In this document: piece after piece, positions 23,598 to 33,422 of the stretch
Layout: each line of letters begins with the position of its first letter
Position numbering within the stretch: the stretch's first letter is position 1
Source of the DNA: Phycisphaerae bacterium
Lineage (GTDB): Bacteria; Planctomycetota; Phycisphaerae; UBA1845; Fen-1342
Length of the DNA: 64,000 nucleotides
Direction of reading: 5' to 3'
Assembly: GCA_050115495.1 (NCBI GenBank)
Contig: JASFQK010000033.1
Span: 17,362-81,361 of the forward strand
Position numbers and translations under genes: made by a program
The notes under the pieces: generated by a model
What the model was told of the DNA's origin: nothing
The model's input: the letters and a program-made list of their open reading frames with translations, nothing else
Databases searched by the model: none

Positions 23598-24358
23598 CGC
23601 ATTCTCCTGTCCGGCCGCTTTCGGCCGTTCTCTGTCTCCCGCTCCGCTTGCGCCGCGGCCAGCGCGCGTCTGAGACTCTCCACGATCGCCGCGTGCCGCC
23701 GCCGGCGCTGCGCCGCCGAACAGCACAGGTATCGCTGGTTCACCTCCAGCTCTATACCCACGTACCTGTCGCGCGGCAGCACCTGCCGCAGGTAGGTCGT
23801 TAGTCCGTCCGCCGCGCCGCGGTACGGATAATTCCGGCGGACGCGCAGGTCGCTCTCGCCGGCGAGCAATTCCCGCTGCCAGCACTCGCAAAACGACCGC
23901 TCCGCCGACCGCTGCGGATCATACGGCAGGCCGATCTCCGCGTTTCTCGTCCGGCCTGCCAGGCGCGGGGTGAAAGAGTGTACCGCCACGTGCACCAACA
24001 TGGCGCCACGATTTACGCTTTGCCGGACGGCGGCCTCCACCTGCTGGCGGTACGGCCGGTAATGCTCCGCCAGCAGCCGCTCGCGGGTGTCTTCGGGTAG
24101 CACGCGCGTCACCGCCGACAGCAGCGCCGGATGTCGCTCCGAGCGATTCAGGTCCACCAGCAACCGCGTCGTCGTCGCCGCGATCAGCCGGCAGCGCAGT
24201 CCCGCCGCCAGCGCCCGCGCCAGGGCCAGCGCGCCGGTGTCGTAGCCGCGATGACTGGCCAGCAGGCGGCCGTGTCCGCGGAACAGCCGGCTATAGCGAG
24301 GCGGCACGCGACGGCCGCCATGCTCGCAGGTGAGCAGTAGCTCGATCATCCCGGACAT
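23594..24358 (-). CDS. N-formylglutamate amidohydrolase family protein
   Basis: [52 protein letters not shown]. Confidence 0.85.
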
Positions 24359-25586
24359 CGAAGCAGCGTCCCTCGGCCAGACACGCACACAGATCGCGAT
24401 ACAGCGCCGGCAGACAGGCCGGTCCACCGTGCTGCTCGACCGCCCGCGTCAGCCGCCTCGCCAGCGTGCCCTGCTCGAAGACGAGCTGCAGCGGCGGGTT
24501 GAACTGCGCCTTCCAGGCGTCTGGCATGGCCACGTCGTACAGGTGCCGCCACAGATCGCCGGCCCGGCACGGCGCCGGCAGCGTATTGCCAAACACGCGC
24601 AGGTACGAACTGAACGGAATGCGGGCTTCTTCGCCACGCCGAATCGCCTCGAGGAAGACTTCCTCCAGCGGCTCGACATGCCAGGCCTTCTGCTGGTCGT
24701 ACGAGATCCATTCCTCGCGGACCAGCGCTTGCAGCACGGCCACGACCAGGGCCAGGACGGCCAGGTCCGCCGCCGGGCACTCCTGCACATCGAGCAGGCG
24801 GATCTCGAACGTGTTGCGGTCGAAGCGGGCGATGGCTCCGCGGGCGTTCAGCCACTCGTGTTGCAGGACGCCCTGCGGGTCGTGCGGGGCCATCTGTGCG
24901 TACATCCGCCCGAGTAGCTCTTTCCGATAGCCCTCCATGGTGAAGATCGGCTCGGGGATGATGTGGCCGGCCACCAGCGGCAGCCGCCGCGAGTTCTTGC
25001 GATAGTGCTCCAGCCGCGTATCGAGCAGCCCAGTGAGCTGCCCGTCCGCCACCGGCGAGCTCGCCGCCAGCGCCGGCAGAATGGGTAGCACCAAGCGGAT
25101 GGCCGCGTGCAGCCGGCCGAACTCGTCGTCGTCGGCGAACGGCAGGTTCAGGTGGGCGCTTTGCAGGTTCGCCCAGCCGTGCCCGCGGCAGTTGAACACG
25201 CGGTCGAACGCTTCGTACACCGCGTTGTACTCGTGCGGCCAGAGCCGCGTCTCGGCGTCCGGGTTCATCCAGGGGTGCATCGCCGTCGGCATCAGGCATC
25301 CGCCCAGCGGCACCAGCAGCTCGTTCGCTCGCTGGACGTGCTCCTGGAACGATGCGTCCAGATCCTCCAGCGTCTGGGCCGGGCCGTTGGTCTTGAACTC
25401 GATCACGTGCAGCACGAGCTCGTTGGACCAGCTCAGCGGCCCGAGGTCCACGTCGGACGTGTCCTCCCCGCTTGCGGCGTGCAGCACGCGGTCGCAGACG
25501 GGCAGCACGCGCAGGTCCTCCCGCGAGACGATCATGTACTCCAGCTCGACGCCGAAGCGCTCGAACAGGCCGTAGGACTCACTCAT
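24291..25586 (-). CDS. Glutamate-cysteine ligase family 2 (GCS2) carboxylate-amine ligase
   Basis: FGVELEYMIV, NELVLHVIE, PTAMHPWM, QSAHLNLPF, AASSP, NARGAIARFDR, EIRLLD. Confidence 0.85.
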   Translation of the reverse strand: MSESYGLFERFGVELEYMIVSREDLRVLPVCDRVLHAASGEDTSDVDLGPLSWSNELVLHVIEFKTNGPAQTLEDLDASFQEHVQRANELLVPLGGCLMPTAMHPWMNPDAETRLWPHEYNAVYEAFDRVFNCRGHGWANLQSAHLNLPFADDDEFGRLHAAIRLVLPILPALAASSPVADGQLTGLLDTRLEHYRKNSRRLPLVAGHIIPEPIFTMEGYRKELLGRMYAQMAPHDPQGVLQHEWLNARGAIARFDRNTFEIRLLDVQECPAADLAVLALVVAVLQALVREEWISYDQQKAWHVEPLEEVFLEAIRRGEEARIPFSSYLRVFGNTLPAPCRAGDLWRHLYDVAMPDAWKAQFNPPLQLVFEQGTLARRLTRAVEQHGGPACLPALYRDLCACLAEGRCFDVRDDRATAHLRAWRPSRAASL

Positions 25587-27064
25587 GATGTTCCGGCACT
25601 TCCGTTGATGGCCTTGGACGCCACGATGCGCTTCAGGAACACCTGCATCACGTCACGGTACAAACCGCGCTTGAGGACGCAGTCTTCAAAGCCATGGTCG
25701 ATGTTGGGGTTGTCGTTGATCTCGATCACGTACACGCGGCGGCCGACCTGCTTCAGATCCACGCCGTACAGGCCGTTGCCGATCAGCCGCGCCGCCCGCA
25801 GCGCTGTCTTGATGACCAATTCCGGCACTTCGGCCACCGGCACCGCGGCCACCTTTCCGTCCTGGGTGTGTCCGTCCGCGTCCCGCCGCACGATCTGCCA
25901 GTGCGACGGTGCCATGTGGTACCGGGCGGCAAACAGCGGCCGGTTGTCCAGCACGCCGATGCGCCAGTCGAACTCCGTCGGCAGGAACTCCTGGGCGACG
26001 ACCAGCTCCGAGTCCTCCAGCATCGGTTCCAGCGCCGCCTCGAGGGCCTGCGGGTCCTCGACTTTGGACACGCCCTGCGAAAAGGCGCCGTCCGGCCGCT
26101 TCAGCACGCAGGGCAGGCCCAATTCGCGCAGGATCGCGTCGCGCGTGTCGCGGTTGACGACGACCGTTCGCGGATGCGGAATGCCGTAGCGCTCCAGCAA
26201 TTCGGCCAGGAACACCTTGTTCCCGCACTTGAGAATCGACTCCGGATCGTCCAGCACCACCAGCCGCTCCGCTGCCGCCCGCCGGGCGAAGCGGTACGTG
26301 TGGTGGTTAACGGCGGTCGTCTCGCGAATAAACAGGGCGTCGAACTCGGCCAGCCGGGCGTAGTCGTCCTTCTGGATCAGCTCGACGCTCAGTTGTAGCC
26401 GCCGGCCTTCCGCCGCGAAGTAGGTCAAAGCCCCTTCGTTCGACGGCGGCGTGCGCTCGTTTGGGTCGTACAGGATGGCCAGGTCGTAGACGGTCTCCGA
26501 GCGAACGTAGGCCCGCTCGCGCTTCTGCTCGAAGTAGGCCTGGGCCGCGGCGCAGGCGAAGTCGCGGTGCGCCTCGGGGATCTCGTTGGCCGACACCGCC
26601 CGGATGCCCTTCAGCCGCCAGCCGTCCCGCTTCCGCTCGAACTCGGCCCGCAGCAGCGGCGCCCGGAACAGCCGGAACAGGTGCCCGGCCAGCTTGTCGT
26701 AGCGTTTCGCCAGGTTCTGCCCGAAGTAGATGCTCAACACAAACGCCGACGATTGCACCGGCCGCAGGGACCGCTGCATCAGCGCTTCGAGTTCGTCCGA
26801 GGCGTGCCGCTTCATCGCCTCGAGCTTCATGTCCTGGATGGTCGTGATGCTCGGCAGCGGCTTGTGCCCGCGGGCCATCGCCAGCAGCGATACGTAATAC
26901 CCCGTCGCCTGGTAGCGGTAGGACCGGCACAGGTTGAACACCCGCACACCCCGCCGGGTCGCGTATGCCGTGCTCGTGAGGTACTCCTTGGCGGCGATGG
27001 TCTCGACGTTCGGAATGCGCAGCGGCGATGTCTGCGGATTGTCAACAACGATGAGAGGGAGCAA
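25583..27064 (-). CDS. RimK-family ATP-grasp ligase with RLAN-type N-terminal domain
   Basis: NLCRSYRYQATGYYVSLLAMARGH, FIRETT, NKVFLAELL, PCVLKRPDGAFSQGV, QEFLPTEFDWRIGVL, YGVDLK, IEINDNPNID. Confidence 0.9.
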   Translation of the reverse strand: MLPLIVVDNPQTSPLRIPNVETIAAKEYLTSTAYATRRGVRVFNLCRSYRYQATGYYVSLLAMARGHKPLPSITTIQDMKLEAMKRHASDELEALMQRSLRPVQSSAFVLSIYFGQNLAKRYDKLAGHLFRLFRAPLLRAEFERKRDGWRLKGIRAVSANEIPEAHRDFACAAAQAYFEQKRERAYVRSETVYDLAILYDPNERTPPSNEGALTYFAAEGRRLQLSVELIQKDDYARLAEFDALFIRETTAVNHHTYRFARRAAAERLVVLDDPESILKCGNKVFLAELLERYGIPHPRTVVVNRDTRDAILRELGLPCVLKRPDGAFSQGVSKVEDPQALEAALEPMLEDSELVVAQEFLPTEFDWRIGVLDNRPLFAARYHMAPSHWQIVRRDADGHTQDGKVAAVPVAEVPELVIKTALRAARLIGNGLYGVDLKQVGRRVYVIEINDNPNIDHGFEDCVLKRGLYRDVMQVFLKRIVASKAINGSAGTS

Positions 27065-27785
27065 GTGTGGTCCTCTTCCGTTTGCCGCGCGGTTCGATCA
27101 CCAGCAGATTCGCGTCGTAGGTGAGCACACCCAGCAGAATGGCGCAGAGCACGCGCTCGATCGCCACGGCATACACATTGCCGAGGCTCAGCGGGTTCGG
27201 ATGCAGCGGGTCGGCGATGTGCACCGTCCGCTGCTCCTTGTCGTAGCCGCACAGCAGGACGAAATGCCCCGCCGGCAGGCCACGCACATCATCTTCGTCG
27301 CTCTCCGGCCCGTACTCCCGCGGCGCCCGGTACAAGTATGTCGAGCTCAGCCCCGTCAGCACGGGCGTGCCCGCTACCAGGTGTCGGCGAATGAGCCGCG
27401 TCGTCAGATCCTCGAAGCGCACCACGCCCCCCAGTTGTAGGAACTCCAGGTACGCCCCGGTCGCCGCCCGCAACTTCTCGTCCTTCTTGGCCGCCGCCTG
27501 GGCGATCAGCTTGGCCCGCAGGTCGGTGCCCGCCGCGGTGAACCACGTCGGGTCGAACATCTGCACGCTGTACGTGTAGATCGTCGCTCCGTATCCCCGC
27601 TGCAACGCGTGATTGGCCAGCATCACAGCCAGCGTGCCCCCGCCCTCGAGGCGCGGAACCTCGTCGATTACGGTGCCGAGCGGAATCGCGTCTCCCCAGT
27701 AGCGGTACACGGCGTGCAAACACGTCGGCCCGCACGTCTCGTCGTCCGGCTGAGGGAGGATCTGCAATTCCAAAGGGGCGGCCAT
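27042..27785 (-). CDS. Peptidase C39-like (papain-fold) protein
   Basis: QPDDETCGPTCL (Gln and catalytic Cys), GHFVLLCGYD (His), IADP (Asp). Confidence 0.85.
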   Translation of the reverse strand: MAAPLELQILPQPDDETCGPTCLHAVYRYWGDAIPLGTVIDEVPRLEGGGTLAVMLANHALQRGYGATIYTYSVQMFDPTWFTAAGTDLRAKLIAQAAAKKDEKLRAATGAYLEFLQLGGVVRFEDLTTRLIRRHLVAGTPVLTGLSSTYLYRAPREYGPESDEDDVRGLPAGHFVLLCGYDKEQRTVHIADPLHPNPLSLGNVYAVAIERVLCAILLGVLTYDANLLVIEPRGKRKRTTLAPSHRC

Positions 27786-27988
27786 GTATGTCGTCTCCGG
27801 TCCCACATCACGCGACGATTATAGCACACCCCGAACACCGACAGATCACCGCCTGCCGCCGTCCAAAACCCCCTCAATCCACCCGCCCGGCGCAGTACAA
27901 TGAGCACGTAGCGTCCGGCCTCTGCACCGAACGTCTTACGTCGCATCCGGACTCAGCGCTGGCAAATCCCACCCCGAGGAGAAACACG

Positions 27989-29332
27989 ATGGTTCAGGAC
28001 GGGAAAGACGTCGGCGGCGACCTCCGCCGCATCAGCCGTAGAGGATTCTGCAAGGCCGCCGCCGCCAGTCTCGGCGGCATCACACTCGGCAGCTACTTCG
28101 GTGCCACGCCGGCCCGGGCCGAGACCGCCGGCCCGCTCCTCCCGCCCCTCAACACCGGCCGCTCCCTCGAGATCTGCCTGAACAGCCGGGTCTCCCGGCA
28201 CTCCGGGCTGGGTGGGACGGCGAGCGACCAGCAGATCGCCAACATCCTCTGGGCCGCCGGCCGGGCCCCGTTCGTCGGTAGTTATAGGACGATCAACTGC
28301 GCGACCCCTCACGGCACCTACATCTACCATCCTGAGACGCACTCGCTCGAATACGTCTCCGGCAGCACGGTGACGAACGCCTTGCGCATCACCTACGACC
28401 GCCAGCTCGACTTCGACGCTGGCGTCTCGTACATGCCCGCCCTCGCCGCCTCCGTCGCCCTCTGGACCGGAACGTCCTCGCAGGTGGTCAGTTGCCCGCA
28501 GATGGCCAACCTGAACTTCGGTATCAATAGCATCGCCGGCCTGACCGACCAGCTCGTGGCGATCTCCTCCGATGGCTCCCTGCCCGACCCCGTCACCGAC
28601 GGCGACAACAGCCTGGAGACAGTCCTGGCCGGCCTTCGCCTCCGGGATCGGTTACGGGCCGACGTCGACCTCAGCCTGGAGCATCTCTCCCAACTCCTCT
28701 GGGCGGGATACGGCTGTGCCGCGCACATGACCGCCAACAATCGCGCGGGTCTGACCGCCCCTTCGTGGGTCGCCGAGTATTTCCTGACGAATCGGATCTA
28801 CATCGTCGACCAGCGCGTTACGCGCTACTGCAACCGCGTCGGCTCGAATCTCACCACGCGCGACCACCGGCTCGATCTCGTTCAGGACGCCGACGTCCGC
28901 GCCCAGCTTCAGGCGGCGCTGCCGAGCCTGCCCGAGGCCCCGTGCTACGTCCTGCTGTGCCTGACCGCGGCGGGCCTGGACGTGTGGTACCAGCGTCTTG
29001 AGACCGGCTTCGTCGCCGGCGGCATGCTCATGCAGGCCGGCGCGATCGGCCTCGGCTGCGCGTTCAAGGCGGCGCTGAATCCGACAGAACGCGCCAACGT
29101 GCAGCAAATCACGGGCATACCGACCACCGACTGCCCGCACGCGGTGGTCGCGATCGGCCACGTGCCGGCGGACCTCGACGGCGATGGCGACGTCGACGCC
29201 GCCGACCTCGCCGCCTTCACCGGCTGCCTGAACGGCCCCGACAACCCCCCCGGCGCCGGCTGCGAACCGACCGACCTCGACCTCGACAACGACACCGACC
29301 TGACCGACTACTCGGAGTTCCAACGCCGGTAG
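27989..29332 (+). CDS. Tat-exported protein with two SagB/nitroreductase-like domains and a C-terminal dockerin/EF-hand-like tail
   Basis: SRRGFCK twin-arginine signal ending in ARA; SLEICLNSRVS...IANILWAAG and SLETVL...LSQLLWAGYG...TAPS; LETGFVAGGMLMQAGAIGLGC; tail ADLDGDGDVDAADLAAF...DLDLDNDTDLTDYSEFQ. Confidence 0.7.
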   Translation: MVQDGKDVGGDLRRISRRGFCKAAAASLGGITLGSYFGATPARAETAGPLLPPLNTGRSLEICLNSRVSRHSGLGGTASDQQIANILWAAGRAPFVGSYRTINCATPHGTYIYHPETHSLEYVSGSTVTNALRITYDRQLDFDAGVSYMPALAASVALWTGTSSQVVSCPQMANLNFGINSIAGLTDQLVAISSDGSLPDPVTDGDNSLETVLAGLRLRDRLRADVDLSLEHLSQLLWAGYGCAAHMTANNRAGLTAPSWVAEYFLTNRIYIVDQRVTRYCNRVGSNLTTRDHRLDLVQDADVRAQLQAALPSLPEAPCYVLLCLTAAGLDVWYQRLETGFVAGGMLMQAGAIGLGCAFKAALNPTERANVQQITGIPTTDCPHAVVAIGHVPADLDGDGDVDAADLAAFTGCLNGPDNPPGAGCEPTDLDLDNDTDLTDYSEFQRR

Positions 29333-29368
29333 CGCAGCGGGCCGCCGCGCCGTCCGACACACAACCAC

Positions 29369-29401
29369 GTGTCTCAATAAGGTGTGTCTCAATCAGGTGT
29401 G
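29369..29401. repeat. Tandem 15-bp direct repeat
   Basis: GTGTCTCAATAAGGT GTGTCTCAATCAGGT GTG. Confidence 0.6.
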
Positions 29402-29463
29402 GTCGAGTTCGTCGCTCCCGACAAACGGCAGTAGTCGCGTCCCACGCAGTCTACACAAGTCCA

Positions 29464-29507
29464 TGCGTATACTCGTCCGGACGTTAATACGTCCGGACTT
29501 GTACGCA
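29464..29507. terminator. Hairpin between convergent genes (terminator or operator)
   Basis: GTCCGGACGT-TAAT-ACGTCCGGAC (29475-29498) flanked by TGCGTA/TACGCA; no clear U-tract. Confidence 0.4.
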
Positions 29508-29528
29508 ACTATAGCCACAATGTCTCGT

Positions 29529-29951
29529 TTACGCTTCCGGGCGGTGGTTGGGTGGCGGTGTGACAATCGGGGGCGGAATTTCTTGCCTTTGGCCAATTGG
29601 GCACGATGCGCAGTCGCCGTCTCGTGGTGTTTGCACACCAGCCGCGCGTTGCTCATAGCACGGCCGCGGGCCATTGCGCGGAATGGGACACCGGTCGGCG
29701 TAGGTGCAGCCGGCTGCTCGCCAGCAGGCGGAGTACGCCAGGAGCGTGCCGATGCTACTGAGCGTGAACCCCTGGTCCTGTATCAGAGATCGGATGGCGC
29801 GAATCTGTGAAATGTGGTGTTCGGTGTAGAGCCGATCGCCCGTCTTTTCCTCACGCGCTGGCCGAACCAGGCCCGCCCGCTCGTACTCGATGATTCGCCG
29901 CGTGGAAATGCCCAGTTCCCTCGCCACGTGGCCGATCTTGCAGAATCTCAC
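29529..29951 (-). CDS. MerR-family regulator with Cys-rich C-terminal sensor
   Basis: GTG start after GGGGAG; KIGHVARELGISTRRIIEYERAGLVRP...RLYT; CW...C...CP...PCY...CASCP. Confidence 0.8.
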   Translation of the reverse strand: MRFCKIGHVARELGISTRRIIEYERAGLVRPAREEKTGDRLYTEHHISQIRAIRSLIQDQGFTLSSIGTLLAYSACWRAAGCTYADRCPIPRNGPRPCYEQRAAGVQTPRDGDCASCPIGQRQEIPPPIVTPPPNHRPEA

Positions 29952-30448
29952 AACAAACTCCCCATTCCAGAGCCGGTGTGTCGTTAACGCCTGCTGCGCC
30001 ACGGGCCGGGCGCGCCACCCATTCGGCAGAGCGGCCAACAGGCATTCGAGCACGCGGCGAGGTAGGGCGAGGGGGGCAACACGCGCGCGGCAGGCGCACG
30101 CAGCCCTGGGCAGAGAAGCGCGATTAAGCTCTTGCTTGCATACCCCACAGACAATCGCCTCTGGGCAGTCGCGGCACGTTGCCGTCGCGCCGGGATTGGC
30201 CTGCAGCCGTCAGTGCTCTTCCAGGTAACCCGCACCTATGATGTATTTTGGCGCGGCCCAAGGCAGACGTCAAGTTGTCCAGGCACGTACCCGTCGGACA
30301 ATAATGCCACAGCATAATTGGGCGCGACCTGCTAAGGTGTGTCGCCGCGGCCCGGCGCAACAGAACGCTGCATGGAGGTCTGTTCGAACGGAAGCGCCGC
30401 CGCGCGTCGTTGCCGCGCACGAGTGAGTTCACTCTCCGGAGAACGCTG

Positions 30449-30673
30449 GTGTATGTTGTCGCGGTCGTCGGGCCAGATGTGGTGAGTGAGGAGCGCTTGG
30501 TTTCCTCGTGCCGGGGCGCGCTGCGCGTCGCGCGCGGTTACAAGCGGGCTTTGCCGGGGGCGACGATTCGCGTTTGGGATGAGGACGGCCGGCAGGTGCA
30601 GTGCTGGGCCGAGGGTCGTTTCCGCTTCAAAGGCGGCTTCTCCCGCCCGGAGCCGAACGCCGGCGAGGTCTGA
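30449..30673 (+). CDS. Small hypothetical protein
   Basis: GGAG then GTG; globular-looking sequence MYVVAVVGPD...IRVWDEDGRQVQCW. Confidence 0.45.
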   Translation: MYVVAVVGPDVVSEERLVSSCRGALRVARGYKRALPGATIRVWDEDGRQVQCWAEGRFRFKGGFSRPEPNAGEV

Positions 30674-30713
30674 GCGAAGACGGCTCCCCCGCCGCGACGC
30701 GCGTCACTTCGCC

Positions 30714-32492
30714 TTACGGCGTCGTGATCTTCCACACGGCCTGATCGACACCCACGAGCCAGTTGGGGATCACCTGCGGGTCGGCGTCTCGCCAGCTCAA
30801 CTGCGCTCTCATGTGCAGCGTGCCGGGCTCGATGAAGCGCGCCGGATCGCCGGTGACCGTCACGGTCGTCACGGTGTCGGGACGCGGCGCCTTGCGCTCG
30901 TCGACGATCTCGTACTGGCCGGTGACGTAGTTGAGCAGCTCGATGCGCTGGAAGATGGACAGCGGCGCGTAGGTCGTCGCCTCGACCTTGAATTCCAGCG
31001 AGGCGGGGTTGGGAAGCGCCGCCGTAGCGTGCACGAGCACACGCACCGGCGCATCGCCCGAGGAACGCCGCGGCCGCGACCGGAACGTCACGCGGTCATT
31101 GTCGCTCTGGAACAGGTTGGCCACGCCGCCGGCGAAAAGCTGCCCGCGCATCGTCGTGAACGTGTCGGGCATGGTGTTTTCCACCATATTGATCACGCCT
31201 TCGATGGCCTGCCGGGCGTTCAGCCGGCCGTAGCCGAAGTACGGGTCGAAGCCGATATCTCCGATGTCGTCCGCGCTGCCCCGCAGCACGAAGCGCACCT
31301 GCTCGGGCGTGAGGTTGGGCTTGATCGTGTACATCAGGGCGACGACGCCCGTCACGTGCGGGGCGGCCATGCTCGTGCCGGTGTAGAAGTCGTAGTCCTG
31401 CGGGCCGCCGGCCACCGCCGAATACACGTTCACCGCCGGTGCGGCCAGGTCCATGTGATTGCCGTAGTTGGAGGACCCGTAGCGCTCGTCGTTGGCGTCG
31501 GTGCCGGAGACCGCGATCGTCGTGTCGTAGGCCGCCGGGAAGTAGGGGATGCCGATGTTATCGTTGCCCGCGGCGCAGACCACGAGGACGCCGTGCGCGT
31601 AGGCGTAGGCGCACGCCTCGCGGACGACGTCGGCGTCATAGGTGGAGCCGCCGCTGAAGTTGATCACGGTCGCCCCATTGTCCGTCGCGTAGTAGATCGC
31701 CTCGGCCAGGTGGCCGTGCGTCGACGAGCCGTCCACGAAGACGAGCAGCGGCATGATGGTGAAGTTGCCGAGACCGGCCATACCCACACCGTTGTTCAGC
31801 CGCGCCGCCGCGATACCGGCCACGTGGCTGCCGTGGCCATCCGTGTCCTCCGGGTCAGCGTCTCCGTGGCCGAAATCCCAGCCGATCTCGTCATCGACGA
31901 AGCCGTTCTCGTCGTCGTCGATCCCGTTCGGTGGATCATCGTTCACCCAGACGGCGCCGTCCTGGAAATCCTCGTGGCCGAAGTTCAGCCCCGAGTCGAC
32001 GATGGCCACGATGACCGAGGCGTCGCCCGTGGTCGTGTCCCACGCCGTCTCCGCCTGGATGATCTGCGGCCCGTACTGCTGGTTGTAGAGCGGATCGTTC
32101 GGGGCGAAGGCCATCCGGGCGAGGTAGTTCGGCTCCGCGTAGGCCACCCCGGGCAGTTGGGCGATCGCCTGGGCCATCGCCGGGATGTCCGCGTTGCCCA
32201 GCCCCCGGATGATGCGGACGCGGCTCAGCGGGTGCGGCGCCTCGCCCTGCCCCCGGGCGTGCGCGGCGTGGGCCAACGGCTGCCAGGACGCCCCCGCGGG
32301 CAGCGTCGCCACCACGCCGTCGATGTCGGACGGCGCCGAGATATCCTCGAAGGCCACGATCAATTCGCCGGGGACCCAGTCCGTGCCGGCGAGGACGCCG
32401 CGCTTGGCGCCTTTGCCGGGGCCGGCCGCCGCCGCCGTGCACAGACACCATCCGAGCACCCCCACGACACCCGCCATTGCCCAGAGCTTCAT
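30714..32492 (-). CDS. Secreted S8 subtilisin-like serine protease with C-terminal beta domain
   Basis: Signal peptide; prodomain ending VAYAEPNY; catalytic motifs VAIVDSG, HGSHVAG, AAGND, GTSMAAPHV; RBS GAGGAG. Confidence 0.93.
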   Translation of the reverse strand: MKLWAMAGVVGVLGWCLCTAAAAGPGKGAKRGVLAGTDWVPGELIVAFEDISAPSDIDGVVATLPAGASWQPLAHAAHARGQGEAPHPLSRVRIIRGLGNADIPAMAQAIAQLPGVAYAEPNYLARMAFAPNDPLYNQQYGPQIIQAETAWDTTTGDASVIVAIVDSGLNFGHEDFQDGAVWVNDDPPNGIDDDENGFVDDEIGWDFGHGDADPEDTDGHGSHVAGIAAARLNNGVGMAGLGNFTIMPLLVFVDGSSTHGHLAEAIYYATDNGATVINFSGGSTYDADVVREACAYAYAHGVLVVCAAGNDNIGIPYFPAAYDTTIAVSGTDANDERYGSSNYGNHMDLAAPAVNVYSAVAGGPQDYDFYTGTSMAAPHVTGVVALMYTIKPNLTPEQVRFVLRGSADDIGDIGFDPYFGYGRLNARQAIEGVINMVENTMPDTFTTMRGQLFAGGVANLFQSDNDRVTFRSRPRRSSGDAPVRVLVHATAALPNPASLEFKVEATTYAPLSIFQRIELLNYVTGQYEIVDERKAPRPDTVTTVTVTGDPARFIEPGTLHMRAQLSWRDADPQVIPNWLVGVDQAVWKITTP

Positions 32493-32877
32493 CGTCTGCA
32501 CTCCTCGACCAGCGCCGGCGCAACAGCCGGCGGACAGGCATTAACCTATTACATATTGTCGGTGCTTACGCGATCGAAACGAAACGCACCGCTTCCCCTT
32601 ATCGAAGTTTAGCCCCTTGGACGGCAAAACCCAACGGCTTTCCGGCCTCCGGCGGGGGGGCTCGCGGCACGCGCATGGGGCCGCCGGTTGACCGTCTGCG
32701 CCCCGTCTGCTAGCATTTCGTCCGGCTTCGTCCGGCTGCGCCTGGATCGCGCCGGCGGGCCGCGCGGGCGGGTGGTCCGCAGCACGTCCTCTAATCATCG
32801 CCGGCCGCGCTGCTTGGTGTCGGCCGTCGGATGGCGGACATGGGAACCGGAGATCCGAGCAACAGGGTGGCATAACC

Positions 32878-33084
32878 ATGAAACACACGTGGCATTCGCG
32901 CTGGTTGGCGCTGTGCGGCCTGGCCGTCGGCATCCTGTGTCAGGCAGGCCCCTGCGCAGCGCTGGTGCAGTCGGAGGAGGGACGTCAGTTGCTGGGTCAG
33001 ACGGCCCAGCAGACCGCCGTCAGCGCCTTCGCCGACACGTTGTTCTTCCTGCTCGACAATCTGCTGGTTCGGTTTTCCGGTTGA
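32878..33084 (+). CDS. Small putative lipoprotein/secreted peptide (68 aa)
   Basis: Signal-like N-terminus, QAGPC, amphipathic helix ending LLDNLLVRFSG. Confidence 0.6.
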   Translation: MKHTWHSRWLALCGLAVGILCQAGPCAALVQSEEGRQLLGQTAQQTAVSAFADTLFFLLDNLLVRFSG

Positions 33085-33122
33085 ACCGGCTGAACCAGCC
33101 CAACTGACAAGGAACACTGCTC

Positions 33123-33311
33123 ATGTGGAAACGGCTTGCTTCGTTGAGGTGCCTGGCTGGCAGTCTGTCCCTGCTGGCCATCGGCGGCTGCTTCACCGGC
33201 GCGCAGCTCGGGGACTTCGCTCGCACGGAGTTCGCCCGTCTGACAGCGGATTTCGTCGGCCAGCTTCTGTCGACCTTCGTGCAGTCCGCCAGCACGTTCT
33301 CGGTGCAGTAA
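33123..33311 (+). CDS. Small putative lipoprotein (62 aa)
   Basis: AAGGA RBS; MWKRLASLRCLAGSLSLLAIGGC lipobox-like signal, then an amphipathic helix. Confidence 0.62.
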   Translation: MWKRLASLRCLAGSLSLLAIGGCFTGAQLGDFARTEFARLTADFVGQLLSTFVQSASTFSVQ

Positions 33312-33422
33312 CCCCCGGACGCAAGCGGTGAACGGGGGCCGGCCGGCGCGCGGTCCGGCCACCGGCGCGGCCGAGAGCCGCGCCGCTACGGTTCGGAGTT
33401 CATCTCTCTGGGGAGTAGGCAC

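Noticed and set aside
29369..29401. Possible CRISPR remnant
   Set aside because: Only two 15-bp units, no spacers, and no cas genes in the window.
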